NCBI GenBank assembly: GCA_017654855.1
Contig: CM030336.1
Location: 2,294,001-2,358,000, forward strand
Direction: 5' to 3'
Length of the DNA: 64,000 bases
Origin: Podospora anserina
Taxonomy: Eukaryota
Positions within the stretch are counted from its first letter, which is position 1. The number at the start of each line of letters is the position of its first letter. This document shows, piece by piece, positions 12,752 to 23,999 of this stretch. The notes beneath the pieces are model-generated. The model worked only from the letters and a program-made list of their open reading frames with translations. It had not been told where the DNA came from and did no database searches. Made by a program: the position numbers and the translations under genes.

Positions 12752-14827
12752 TACCAGGTGAAATATTGATGCCTCTTTTTCTTCTCCAGATTGGATCTTG
12801 ACATGAGGAAGTAAAAATCAAGACAGCCCGTCCAATATATGTAGTAGAGATACTCAGCTCTTAGTGGGCTTTGATATCTGATCTGATCCAACCTGGAAGG
12901 GAGGTGCCCCGCAAAGTTCGAAGAGCTGCCAAATGCTCCCGAGTTTTTCGCTTAGCACTGACCAATCACCAAATCCCCGGCTCGCTTGTTTGTGCGCCTT
13001 TGCTTTTTCCCCCAACCGCGGTTTTTGGAAATGGCATTTTGCTCATTTTTTTTGGGACATGTTCTCTCGCGGGTGACTTTTGTTTTCCTTCAACCTCGAC
13101 CTATGGAACTTGCGGTTATCGGCCGGGGGGCAGCTTTCTAACCTTTACCACCACCACCCCCCCGTGACGGGATTGCGGCAATCAGCATCCGTGCAGAGCG
13201 AAACCATTGCCAGATTCAGACAGCCGCAGGGCCACAGTTCGCTTGTTGTTGCCTGACGGGGGACTTCTGACCGCTCGCCAGCATCGGCCGGCCATTGCAT
13301 CCCACGAGTGGCAGTCCTAATTATTTCCCCAGCGTCTCTCTTTTATCCTCAGTGTGTGAGTGTTCACCGAGCACTTTTCTGGCCTCTCTGGCCCAGCACC
13401 TTCCTGTTTCGACTATGGGGTCATCTCGATAAATGTGAGCTTCGGCATCACATCTGCATGGCAGTGGTTGAACGTCAGTACATCAACCCGCGGGGGCGGT
13501 CTGGAAAGGTACGGGTGCGTGGTTGCGAGCTGTTGCACAACTTTGCTGCAGCCGCTGCATGCTGTGCTACCCCAGGGAACCTGGCAAGACGATTTCGACA
13601 TGATCAATGTCTCTGATGGTTAGGGATCTGATCTGACGTCTGAGACTGGGATGCTGTATCAAGCAGTGTTTACACTATGTACCGCAGTACTCCGTGTACT
13701 AAACTACAAAGTCCTGCCATGCCCAGCCAAAACCGTGATATGGAACTTTCCATGGAACTTCAACCCTGACCTCGTCCTCTGAACGAACCCGAGCTGGTCG
13801 TTGTGGTTCTCCACGACTGGGGAACCATCTCGGGATCCATTCGGGAATACCCTGGGGCCCCGGTTAAGTTTGTTTTGGTGGATAGCAACGGGGTGACGGG
13901 GATGTTGGGGGGTAGGGGGGTAGGGGGGTGGTGTGGATGAATTCTTAGCCCCTTCCCAGAAGCCACCCGTCAACCCAGCGTCTCACTTAGCGAAGTTGTT
14001 CAAAGTACCTATTCCCAGGTATCTTTTCCCTCCCGCCTTTCCATCTATGAATATGACGCGCTTACACTAGGTATCTCTGAAGCAGGAGGCACGTCTCGGC
14101 TGCATCACACCAGTGGTTACACTTCGGCTGTGGCTGACGTGCTGTCGTCCCTTCTCGGGGCGTAGTAGCGTGCAAAATTGCTGCCAGTATGTGACCAGGC
14201 TGTCAAGGTAAAGGCTGGCTCAGGCTGGGCCTGGTCCTGCTTTCTCGCTTCACAGCAAACCTTATTCGTCCGTCGTGCATTCTTCGCTCCGTCCATGTGG
14301 GCTGCTTGGCAGAGGAAGATCCATCCATCACCCAACCGCCTCCCGCCTGGTCATCGTGGTTTTTTCCCATGTGTACATCCCTATTTGTTTTAGAGCTAAA
14401 GAGCTGAGGGCATAATAATAATAATAATGACTGTAATAATAGCAATGGACGACAGCATTGGCTTCTCTCCTCGTCCTCGTCCTCGCCCTCGCCCTCGCGT
14501 CCGCTTTCGCTTCCAACATCATGTCCAAGGTCGTGTGGCCGCCTTGTTGTTACTGCTGGTGACATTCTGATATCCCTGTTTTCCTGAACTTGACCGGCTC
14601 TACCAAGTTGACTCCTGCTCAATGGCCTTGTTCTTTGTAGCGGAGCGGCAAGACTGACAAGGCATGGAATCGGGAACCCACAAGGGCCGCACCTCGCTCG
14701 CTTGAAGATACTGTTTATTGTCCCTTGCCCCCTCTGTCAAGCCCCGTCAAATCTGAAGTACACACACACATATATATATATGTCAGTTACCTGTCTCTTT
14801 GGAAAACACTCTTCTAGACGGGTGACG

Positions 14828-16336
14828 ATGCCGGTTTGCTCTATCAGGGGCATCAGTCACAACCAGACAGACAGCGATACCAGCATGTGTCGACTACCAT
14901 CAGAGCAGGGTGTCCGGGCCATGTTAGGCTCAGCTGTCCCTGAAGATGTTACCGTCGCCAGAATACAACCACTCCAAAGTCTCAGGCCACAGAGGATATA
15001 CCAAGTCCACCTTTCCGACAACACATCTCTACGCCTTGTTCTTCCACCAATTTCCATGTGGCGGCCTCTACGATCAGAACAAGCCAGCGTGGCCACCGAG
15101 GTAACAGCAATAGACTGGCTTCACCAGGTTCTCACTCGACAATCCTCATCAGCCACACCATCTTCCTCCCGGTCAGCCAGGAGAGGAAGCGAAGAAACCA
15201 GCAAACAGCAGAACGAAGACTCGAAAACCCTGCTACGACTGCTGCCATCCCTCGTCCAACACGGCCAGGATACCAGCACGGCCCTCCGCGAGCTATTCGC
15301 CTTTTATGAACCAAGTCAAGGCACAGCAATAGCCCTCTTGGAACCAAAGATCACAGTGGATCCAAACTCTCCCGAACGACAGCAAGTAGACTTCGAAATC
15401 GGCACATTCTACCGACGATTCTTGATCCAACCCGGTTTGGTCTCGCCAACAGGTCGTTTCGGTCCATTGGCAGCTGTTATCCCTCTGCTACAATCATCAC
15501 AACCCCAAAGAGCACAACCAGGAGCCGGGGGTTTATTTGGAACGGGAGGTGCGGCCAGTTGGTCGGTGGCCTTTCACTCCATGCTCGAAGGTGTTCTCAG
15601 AGACGGGGAGGACATGGCGGTTGTGCTGGGTTACTCGACAATACGACGGCACTTTCGGCGGTTAGGCTACCTCTTGGACGACGTCGCTGTGCCGAAGTTT
15701 GTGGTGGTGGATGCTGCCCAAGACTCTAACCTCTTGGTGGAAAGGATACCAGACGGTGGCGACAGAGGAATCAGAATAGCTGGTCTGCAGAGTTGGTCAA
15801 ATTGCGTCTTTGGCGACCCTCTGTTTGCCACAGTGTTTAGCGATCCGGCAGACTTGCCGCCGCCACCCCCTTCCGACTCTTTTCTCAGGGGGTTAAATTC
15901 GACTGCTTCAGCGACATCCCCTCCACCACCTACAACGTCGGTGTCAACGATGACGGCAACATCAAACTACCTATCAACTCTCAACCCGCAATTAATAGAG
16001 GCCCTCCCGTCTGCCCCCGTCCGGCTGTTATTCTACCGGATCTACCACATCCTCACCCGCATCGTCGCCGAGTTCTACCGCCCCCGACCAGACTCCACGA
16101 CGCGAGAGCTAGAAGCGCGGAGGAAGCTCAATGTAGTGTTGGCGAAACTAGCAGAGATACCAGATGATTTCTTGTGTCCTCCTGAAACCCACTACTCCAG
16201 CCTACCCGCGACACCCAACAGCAGCACCAGCACCAAGAGCCTGAGCAAACGTGAATACAGCGTTGCACGACCAACAGGGGAGATGAGTCCAGCAAAGAGA
16301 ATGCGGGAGTTGGAGATGCCGATACCAAAGAAATAA
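14828..16336 (+). CDS. Aminoglycoside-phosphotransferase/kinase-fold hypothetical protein, probably catalytically degenerate; start uncertain (14828 or 14885)
   Basis: Long open frame with SPTGRFGP, SWSVAFHSMLEGVLRDGEDM, PKFVVVD....NLLV and IAGLQSWSNCVFGDPLFA, resembling fungal APH-like proteins. Confidence 0.7.
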   Translation: MPVCSIRGISHNQTDSDTSMCRLPSEQGVRAMLGSAVPEDVTVARIQPLQSLRPQRIYQVHLSDNTSLRLVLPPISMWRPLRSEQASVATEVTAIDWLHQVLTRQSSSATPSSSRSARRGSEETSKQQNEDSKTLLRLLPSLVQHGQDTSTALRELFAFYEPSQGTAIALLEPKITVDPNSPERQQVDFEIGTFYRRFLIQPGLVSPTGRFGPLAAVIPLLQSSQPQRAQPGAGGLFGTGGAASWSVAFHSMLEGVLRDGEDMAVVLGYSTIRRHFRRLGYLLDDVAVPKFVVVDAAQDSNLLVERIPDGGDRGIRIAGLQSWSNCVFGDPLFATVFSDPADLPPPPPSDSFLRGLNSTASATSPPPPTTSVSTMTATSNYLSTLNPQLIEALPSAPVRLLFYRIYHILTRIVAEFYRPRPDSTTRELEARRKLNVVLAKLAEIPDDFLCPPETHYSSLPATPNSSTSTKSLSKREYSVARPTGEMSPAKRMRELEMPIPKK

Positions 16337-16508
16337 TGCTGTTTTTTTTTTCTTTTAAAGAAATCTGGGAATAATAGCACGGAGTGGGAACAACAAGGAA
16401 ATATCAAGGGATAGACAACGAATCTGACGGATTACACGAATGAGCGAGCACACATGCATGCAATGCATATGTACCATTATATATCTACATAAATATACAA
16501 CAAGTAGA

Positions 16509-18545
16509 TCATGCTTTTTCCTTACCCTTGCCTGTAATGGGTGCGGTAGTGGTGGTGTCTTCTTCCTCGTCGGAGTCGTCCTCCTCGTCTCGGGGCAAGG
16601 TAACCCCCATCAACCCCAACAGATTCCCTGCTGGGCCTGCCATACCAGCTTGGGACTTGAAACTCTCGAGGAGGTTTTTGGCGAGGTTGTAGTCAATATC
16701 CACCTCCTCTTCCTCGTTTTCGCTGATTTCTTGCGCTTTGCTTGAGCTTCCAACATCTTTGATCCTTTTTTCTGTGACTGTTGCTTTGGGGTCCAAGCTC
16801 AGTGCCCCCAGCCCCTTGAGCTCGCTCTCAAACTGCTGCATCATCTTTTGGATCTCTTCCGCCTCGTCACCCTCATCATCTTCGTCATTTTCTGAGTCCA
16901 CTTCTTCAACAACAACCGCTTTTTGTTTTCCCTTGTCTTGTGTTGTTGCTGATGCTGGCGGTGCACCCGATGATTTCCCATCATCACCAGGCAACCCCAT
17001 CATCTCCCTCATCATCCTCTGGAACTGCTCCTCATCAAAACCGACTTCCTTATCTTCATCCTCCCAGTCCTCATCCTCGTCGCTCTCGTCATCATCATCA
17101 TCCACATCCATCTCATCATCATCCTCATCCTCATCCCCCAACACAACCCCATCCACACCCGCATCTTCGTCGTTCAAAAACGCCTCAAACCTCTCCACTA
17201 TCTTCTGGAGATCCGCCTGAGTGCCGGCGTCGCCAAAGCCCCCCTTACCCCCCCTTATTTTCTCGGCCTTGACGCCGCCGCTTCCAGAGCCAGCGAGCTC
17301 CTTCTCAAGCTGAGTGTAATCGATATCCATCCAGCTATCATCATCCTCCCTTTCGGTATCCTTCCACTCCTTTTCAATCTGCTCATCAGACGGCAGGATG
17401 TTCTCCTCCCCATCCTCGGCCAGATCCCCCAGTAGCAACGCCACCTCCCGAACGACTCTATTAGGGTGAGCCTCTGCCTTGTCATCGGCACACAGCAGCT
17501 CAAATCCCGTAGTGAGCTTCATCCCCAGCTCTAACCTCGCAAGCTTCTTTTGTGCAGAGTCGGCGGTGGGGTTCGTGGCGGCTTCGACCTCGGCGGCGTG
17601 AAGTAATGACTTCCATGCTGGAGGTGGGGGGGAAAAGTGCTGGGATTTGAGCTGGGCGTAGAGGACTTTGGTAAAGCGGATGGAGATGGTGATGAGGTCT
17701 TTTGGGGGGAATAGTAAGGGGGTGGTTATTGAGGGGAATAATAGGGGTTTGAGGGAGACGGGGTCTCGGAGGTAGAAGGCTTCGGTGGCGGGGGCGATGG
17801 ATTGGGGGCGGGAGTGGAGGATGTAGGCTAGTTTTCTTGGGATGGTGACGAGGGCATGGTGGGTGGTGGAGGAGATGGCTGAGGGGTATTTCTCGAGGCG
17901 GTAGAAGGATTCGGCTTCGATGAAGGGGGAGTGGAGGAGGGATGAGGGCCTGGATGTAATGGTTGAGATGGCGGATGTCAGGGTGAGGTTCTTGTTGGGC
18001 TGTGTGTTGTCTAGGGGGATGATAAGGAGTTTGCCTTGGTGAATCCACACTCGGTTGGTGTCGTCTTCTGGACTGAGCCACTTGGGCAAGACTTTGGCTG
18101 CTTCGATTAGGAGAAACTCGCCATCGCTGTCAGAGACACGGACCCAAAGGTTGGGGAAGGATTTGGTGAGCTCCCGGAGGAGGTAGACAATGAACCACTC
18201 GTCTTCCACATTGTCGCCGTAGTGGGTTGTTCCATGGAGATAGGACAGTCCGGAACCTAAAGGGGCAATCAGCTGGGATGGTCTCATTTACTTGATGCCA
18301 AGTACACACACACCTTTCTGGATTTTTGTCTCGAGCTTGAAGGGTTCTCGCTGCCATATGTAGTCCTTTGCCAGCTCCGTCAGCTTTTTATCAGCGGCCC
18401 TCTTAACGGCTTCCAAGCTGGGGAGATCATTGTCTGACTTTTCGCCAATGATGAATAGCATGTACTCGACACAGTCCTCGGGCAGCCTCATACGAAAACC
18501 ATCGAACCCTTCGTCTCCAGGACGCAGTTCTGCGGCGTTGGCCAT
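16509..18545 (-). CDS. ECD: Ecdysoneless/SGT1-family protein; intron 18257-18313
   Basis: Motifs YIWQREPF, LHGTTHYGDNVEDEWFIVYLLRELT, DSDGEFLLIEAA..LPKWL, NRVWIHQG, DDDSWMDI and the C-terminal DIDYNLAKNLLESFKSQAGMAGPAGNLLGLMG. Confidence 0.9.
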
Positions 18546-19043
18546 ATTGTTTATTTCCTGTCGTCCAAGTTCGTTTGCCGCTTCCGATGAGGACCTGTCA
18601 ACCCAAACGCAGCTGCCAGCCGTTCGGTCTTGCTTCTTTCCAGCTTTCCTTCCTGTGTGGGGGGTGGCTGCCTAAGGTACCTTACAGCACCAAACGGCCG
18701 TTCAAGTTCAAATTTTACCTATCTCTTTTCGATCTTCCAGTTTACTTCAACACTTCAACGCCTTGTCGACCACGATAGTTACCTTACTGTTCTCATGCCC
18801 AACCTGGCAGTTGATCCGATCCACTGTAAATGTGGGGTTTAGCGTCTGCACGGGCCGCCTGTCATCAGCTCTGGGCGGGAGTGGAGAAGTCCAAGTCACT
18901 GGATCTGGGGGGAAGTTCGCGCAAACGACGCGTCTCGAGGGGCCTTTTGCACTGCGCCGCCCAGCTACTCGCACCCACAAACAGCTCCGCGACCAGGCGC
19001 CGGCTGTCTGAGACCTTTTACCAGCACTTCCATTGTTCTCAAA

Positions 19044-22000
19044 ATGCCGTCGAGGACAATCAATAACCTCGGCGCAGAGTCCTCGCGGAAGCGACACCAC
19101 CGCGGCGAAGATGACGAGTCAGAGGAGCCTGTACGGCCTCGTTCGCATTTAAATGGTGAATCTGTAAGTGCTCTGGCTTTTTCTCACACATCTGGCAGTG
19201 CTTCCTTCTTCATTTACAATGTGCTAATCCTGACCCAGCGAAAACGTGCCCGGCTTTCCGATGTGCGCGATGAAACGCGTGCAAACAACCCCGATGACGA
19301 AGCCGAGTATCAAGGAGCTGCCTCGCCCGACACCCCACCAAGAACGCAGTATGAGTTAATGCGCGATAATGGGTTCGAGCATTTGCGAACTGAGGCTGCC
19401 GATGATCAGAAGGCGACCCAGCGGCTACGGATGCGACCAAACCGTCTAGGAGAAAATGTGGTCGCAGAAAATGGCATTCTTGAGCAAGTCATATGCATCA
19501 ACTTTATGTGTCACACGAGACTGAACTGCGAGCTTGGGCCCCTTCTCAACTTTGTTGTGGGCGAGAATGGCAGCGGAAAGAGCGCTGTTTTGACAGCAAT
19601 CACCCTCTGCCTTGGTGGAAAGGCAAGCTCGACGAACCGCGGTGGTAGCCTGAAAAGTTTTATCAAAGAAGGAGAGGATAAGGCTATTTTGACTGTCAAG
19701 ATCAAGAACCAGGGGCCTGATGCTTATCAGCACGATATTTACGGCGATTCCATCACCGTGGAGCGTTGGTTCAACAAAACTGGCGGGAGCGGCTTCAACC
19801 TGAAAACAGCCACCGGCTCTATTCACTCGAAGAAGAAGGAAGAGGTTGATCAAATCGTGGAGTACTACGCCCTGCAGGTCGACAACCCACTGAACGTTCT
19901 ATCTCAAGACAACGCCCGGCAATTCCTCAACGCCTCAAGCAAGGCGCAGAAGTACAAGTTCTTCATCGAGGGCGTCCAGCTACAGCAATTGGATAACGAC
20001 TACAAGCTGACTGCTGAATATGTGAGCCAAATAGACACCAAGATACCAGATCAAGAACAGAAAATCGAGCTTCTCAAAGTGCAACGGGCAAACGCAGAAC
20101 GCTTATTGGAGACTCTGGAGGGCGAGCGGTCATTACGCGACAAAATCAACACAATGCGCTTAAAGTTGGCCTGGTCACGTGTCGATACCTGTGAAAAGAG
20201 ACTGGCGCAGAAGGAGGCGAATCTCGCCGAGATCTCCACCAAGTTGATTTCGGCTGAAGAAAAGTTCGGCTTGAAAAGTCGAGCGTTGGAGCAGGCGGAT
20301 CAAGAGGTGGAAACCACCAAGGCGAAGCTCGAGAGGGCGAAGGAAGAGGAGCCAGAGCTGCAGGCCAAAGTTGAAGAGGCGAAGGCTCATAAGGAGGCCA
20401 TGGTAGCAGACCTCATGAAGGTCCAGGCCGAGGAGCGAGAGGCTCACCAAAACTGGAAAGCCATGACTGACCAAGTCAAGGATTTCGAGAGAAAGATCGC
20501 GCAGGAAGAGAGGAGTCTGCGGGAGGCACACGGTGGTCTCCAAACCCTGAAGATGAAGGAGCGCGACGAGGCTCGGGCCAGGGTCCAGGAGCTTGAACAA
20601 AAAATCGATGACAACAAACAGCTGATTCCTCGGATCAAGAGCCAGATGAGTGATTCGGCAAGGGCCCTGAACCCCATCAAGGAGCGGGTTACCAAGAAGC
20701 AGGAGGAGATCCACAATCTCAAAAAGGAGATTGAGAAAACCCAGGCACAAATCGGTGTGCCGCTTGCTGCTTACCACAAGAATATGCCGAGGCTGTTAAA
20801 GGCCATTGACGGCGACAAGAGGTTCCAGCAGAAGCCCATCGGCCCGCTGGGCACCGTCGTGCATCTTCATAAACCGGAATGGGGAGCGATTTTGGAGTCT
20901 TATTTTGGCAACAACCTCAACGGTTTTGTCGTCTTCAGCAAAGCCGACATGAATGTTCTTGCAGACTTGATGAGGCGATGCGACATCGACAGCAACCGCA
21001 ATCCCATCTTCGTGGGCCAGCGAAATGCCCTCAATCTGGCGGGAAAAGAGCCAGATGCGGACTTCGACACCATCCTGAGAGTACTCAAGATTGACAACCA
21101 AGCTGTTCGGGATACACTTGTTATCAACCACGCGATCGAGCAAGTGCTCTTGATTCATAAGCGCACAACGGCTCAGAGCGTGATGATGGATGGAACGGCA
21201 CCGCCCCGCAATGTCAAGAGATGCATCACATTCCATGATTCCAAGAACGAGGGGCTAAGCATTGAAATGAAGCCGAGCGGCATATCAACAAGTCCGGTCA
21301 GGATTGGGACTCAGCCCAAGCGCCTGAAGACGGAATCTGCCTCTCAGATGGCCTTCTTGAAGGAGTCCCTGTCAAAATTGGAGTCGGAACTCCAAGCTCT
21401 CCGAGTTGAATACAAACGTGTCCAGGATGAAAACTCCCACCACAAGACAGCCCTTGCCAAAGCGGAGAAAGAGGGGGCCGTTCTCGCACAGCAGCTGCGA
21501 GAGACCGAACTAGAGCTTGCGGAGATCGAAGTGGCTTTGGACGAGTGGGATGGGTCTGACGCCCGACTCCAAAGTCTGCGTGAGCAGCTGGCTCAAGCAC
21601 TGGAGCAGAAAGCTCACCACGGTCAACAGGTGACTGGGCTTATTGTGGCCAAAGACCAGAAAAACGTACTTGCCGAGGAGGCTTACAAGGCACTCAAAGC
21701 TCAGAAGCTGCAGCTCAAGGACTGTGAAGCCAGTGTGAATAAGGCAGAGGAAAAGGCCAAGTCTGCGGAGGCGCACCGGCATATTGTGCTTCGAGAAAAG
21801 CTCGACAGTGAAGACGCGTATAAGCAACTGAAGGCAGAACAAAAGGAAGCGGAAGAAAGTATTGGGAGGGAAAAGGATAGGATCGCGGAGAGAGAGGCGG
21901 AGGCCATTCAAGTGTGCCCAGAACGCGTGCATTTGCTAGACGGCGAGACGGAGAAGTCCGTCAATACACAGTACTTTGCTCTGCGGGCTCGATACGACAA

Positions 22001-22672
22001 AATGACCAGCAGACGTCAGTTGAACGAGCAGGAAGTTATTGAGCAAGCCGAAAAGGTTCGGAAGAAGTACGACGAAGCAGTCAATGGCCTCAACTCGATG
22101 GTGGAGTCAAGCGAACGTCTCAAGCATTCGTTGAGCCTACGTTTGGACAAGTGGCGCAAGTTCCAGCGGTACATCTCCGCCCAGTCGCGTGTGAACTTCA
22201 TATATCTCCTCAGCGAACGCGGGTACCGAGGGAGGCTGCTGCTGGATCATAAGCGCAGGCTCCTGGACGTTCATGTGGAGCCCGACCACACCGAGAAACG
22301 TGCCAGTGGACGGAGTACCAAGACGTTATCCGGCGGAGAGAAATCCTTTTCTTCGATTTGTATGCTGTTGGCCATCTGGGAAGCCATGGGTTCGCCGCTG
22401 CGGTGCTTGGATGAGTTTGATGTGTTCATGGACAATGTGAACCGCGCTGTTAGCCAAAATATGCTGGTAAGCTCAGCCTGTTGTTCTAGGGATGTATATC
22501 TGTTGCTAACGTTATCTAGGTTGCCGCTGCTCGAAGGTCGGTCAACCGGCAATACATCTTCATCACACCCAACGCTATCGACCCAAAGATCATCGCTGAA
22601 AAAGACGTAAAGCTTATTCGACTCGTTGATCCACGCCAACAGCGACTCACCAGCATGCAAACAATACCATGA
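19044..22672 (+). CDS. SMC6: Structural maintenance of chromosomes protein 6 (Smc5/6 complex); introns 19164-19238 and 22467-22519
   Basis: NFMCH, Walker A GENGSGKS, LSQDNARQFL, hinge PIGPLG, long coiled coils, signature LSGGEKSFS, Walker B LDEFDVFMD and the spliced C-terminal QYIFITP. Confidence 0.95.
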
Positions 22673-23090
22673 GGTCTTTATACCTGGTTGGTTTCATTGT
22701 ACATATTTCTCGGCTTCATCATCGTGTGTCAAAAGTGGGAGTTATGGGTTAGGGAATGCTAGTATCGGAATTTGGGTGGGCTTTCTGTGGTGGATCAGGG
22801 GGCAGTTTGGCAATTCTCCATGTGCAAGGTGCTATGTCGAAAGACTCCTACAGGTTTGCTTGGTGCATATGGCGGAAAGGGATGATAATGATTGGAATTC
22901 TTGTGCAAATGGCATTGTCTTAGGGTCATCTCCACGCGTAGGTTTTATGGCTTCATTGGTTTTGAACGCACAGTTAGTTAGTGGTTGTACATCCAGTTAT
23001 AATACAAACTCGTCTAATGACCAAGTCTCTTTCTCTTTGACGACACCTTTTCTACTCATACATGTCCATCCCAACATCCCAACATCATCT

Positions 23091-23999
23091 TTATATCCTA
23101 ACCCCCTTGCTCCTCAACACATTGACCCCCGCGCTCGCCGTGAAGCCAACCCACTCCCCGACACTCCTAACCGCCCCGCCCAGCTCCTCGGCCTCTTGAA
23201 GCCTCCTCCTGAGGAACCGCCTCGTCTCCTGGAACCCCTCGCTCTTGTCCGTCGTCATGAACAACTCGGCCGCGGCATAGATACCACTGAGGGCCGCCCG
23301 CTTGGTGTACCAGCTCGGATCAACACTTTTATCCCCGGCAAGATAGTAGATCTCATCTGCCAGCATGGCGAGCTCCCTGACGGCGACGGGGACCTGGGAG
23401 GGCTGGGCCATGACCGCGAGGGCCTGCTGCCAGTGCTGGATGATGGGCTCGTTTTGCTTTAGGCGCAGCCAAGTGAGGAGTTCGATTTTTCCCGAGACGG
23501 AGAGGCCGGAGAGGAGGTCGCTGTGCTGGCTGGCGAGGGAGGGGAGGGTGGTGCGGGTGGTGTAGAGGTGGAAGTGGATCAGGCGGGCGACGGGGGAGGG
23601 GCCGAGGAAGGAGGGGGAGATGTCGAGGAGGGAGAGGTCGCGGGCGGCGAGGGTGAGGGAGGGGAGGGTGAACCCGTGGGTGGGGATGTGGGAGGTTAGG
23701 GCGGAGGTGAGGAGGGTTGTTTCGGCTTGGGTGAAGGGGCTGGGGGGAGGGGGGTGGGTGGTGGAGTGGTAGGTTCTTCTTGTTTGGAGGGGTTGCGGTG
23801 GTGGTGTTGTTGGTGGTTGGGTTTTGGGGGTTGATTTGGATTTGGTTCTGGGAGTCGAGGGGAGGGTGGTGATGGGTCGGGAGGTGACGGCGGAGAGTCT
23901 TCCGGGGAAGGATCGGGTGGCCGGCTGGGTGGTGGTGGTGGGGAGGAGGAGGATGCGCCGGGCTGCGCCGGAGCAGTTGACGGCTGCCGGGGAGGCCAT
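23091..23999 (-). CDS. COQ9: Ubiquinone biosynthesis protein Coq9, mitochondrial
   Basis: A mitochondrial-presequence-like N-terminus, then HIPTHGFT, WQQALAVMAQP and LADEIYYLAGDKSVDPSWYTKRAALSGIYAAAELFMTTDKSEGFQETRRFLRRRL. Confidence 0.93.
   Translation of the reverse strand: MASPAAVNCSGAARRILLLPTTTTQPATRSFPGRLSAVTSRPITTLPSTPRTKSKSTPKTQPPTTPPPQPLQTRRTYHSTTHPPPPSPFTQAETTLLTSALTSHIPTHGFTLPSLTLAARDLSLLDISPSFLGPSPVARLIHFHLYTTRTTLPSLASQHSDLLSGLSVSGKIELLTWLRLKQNEPIIQHWQQALAVMAQPSQVPVAVRELAMLADEIYYLAGDKSVDPSWYTKRAALSGIYAAAELFMTTDKSEGFQETRRFLRRRLQEAEELGGAVRSVGEWVGFTASAGVNVLRSKGVRI

Noticed and set aside
22626..23462. 278-codon plus-strand ORF after SMC6
   Set aside because: Non-ATG start; it spans the SMC6 3' UTR and the antisense of COQ9.
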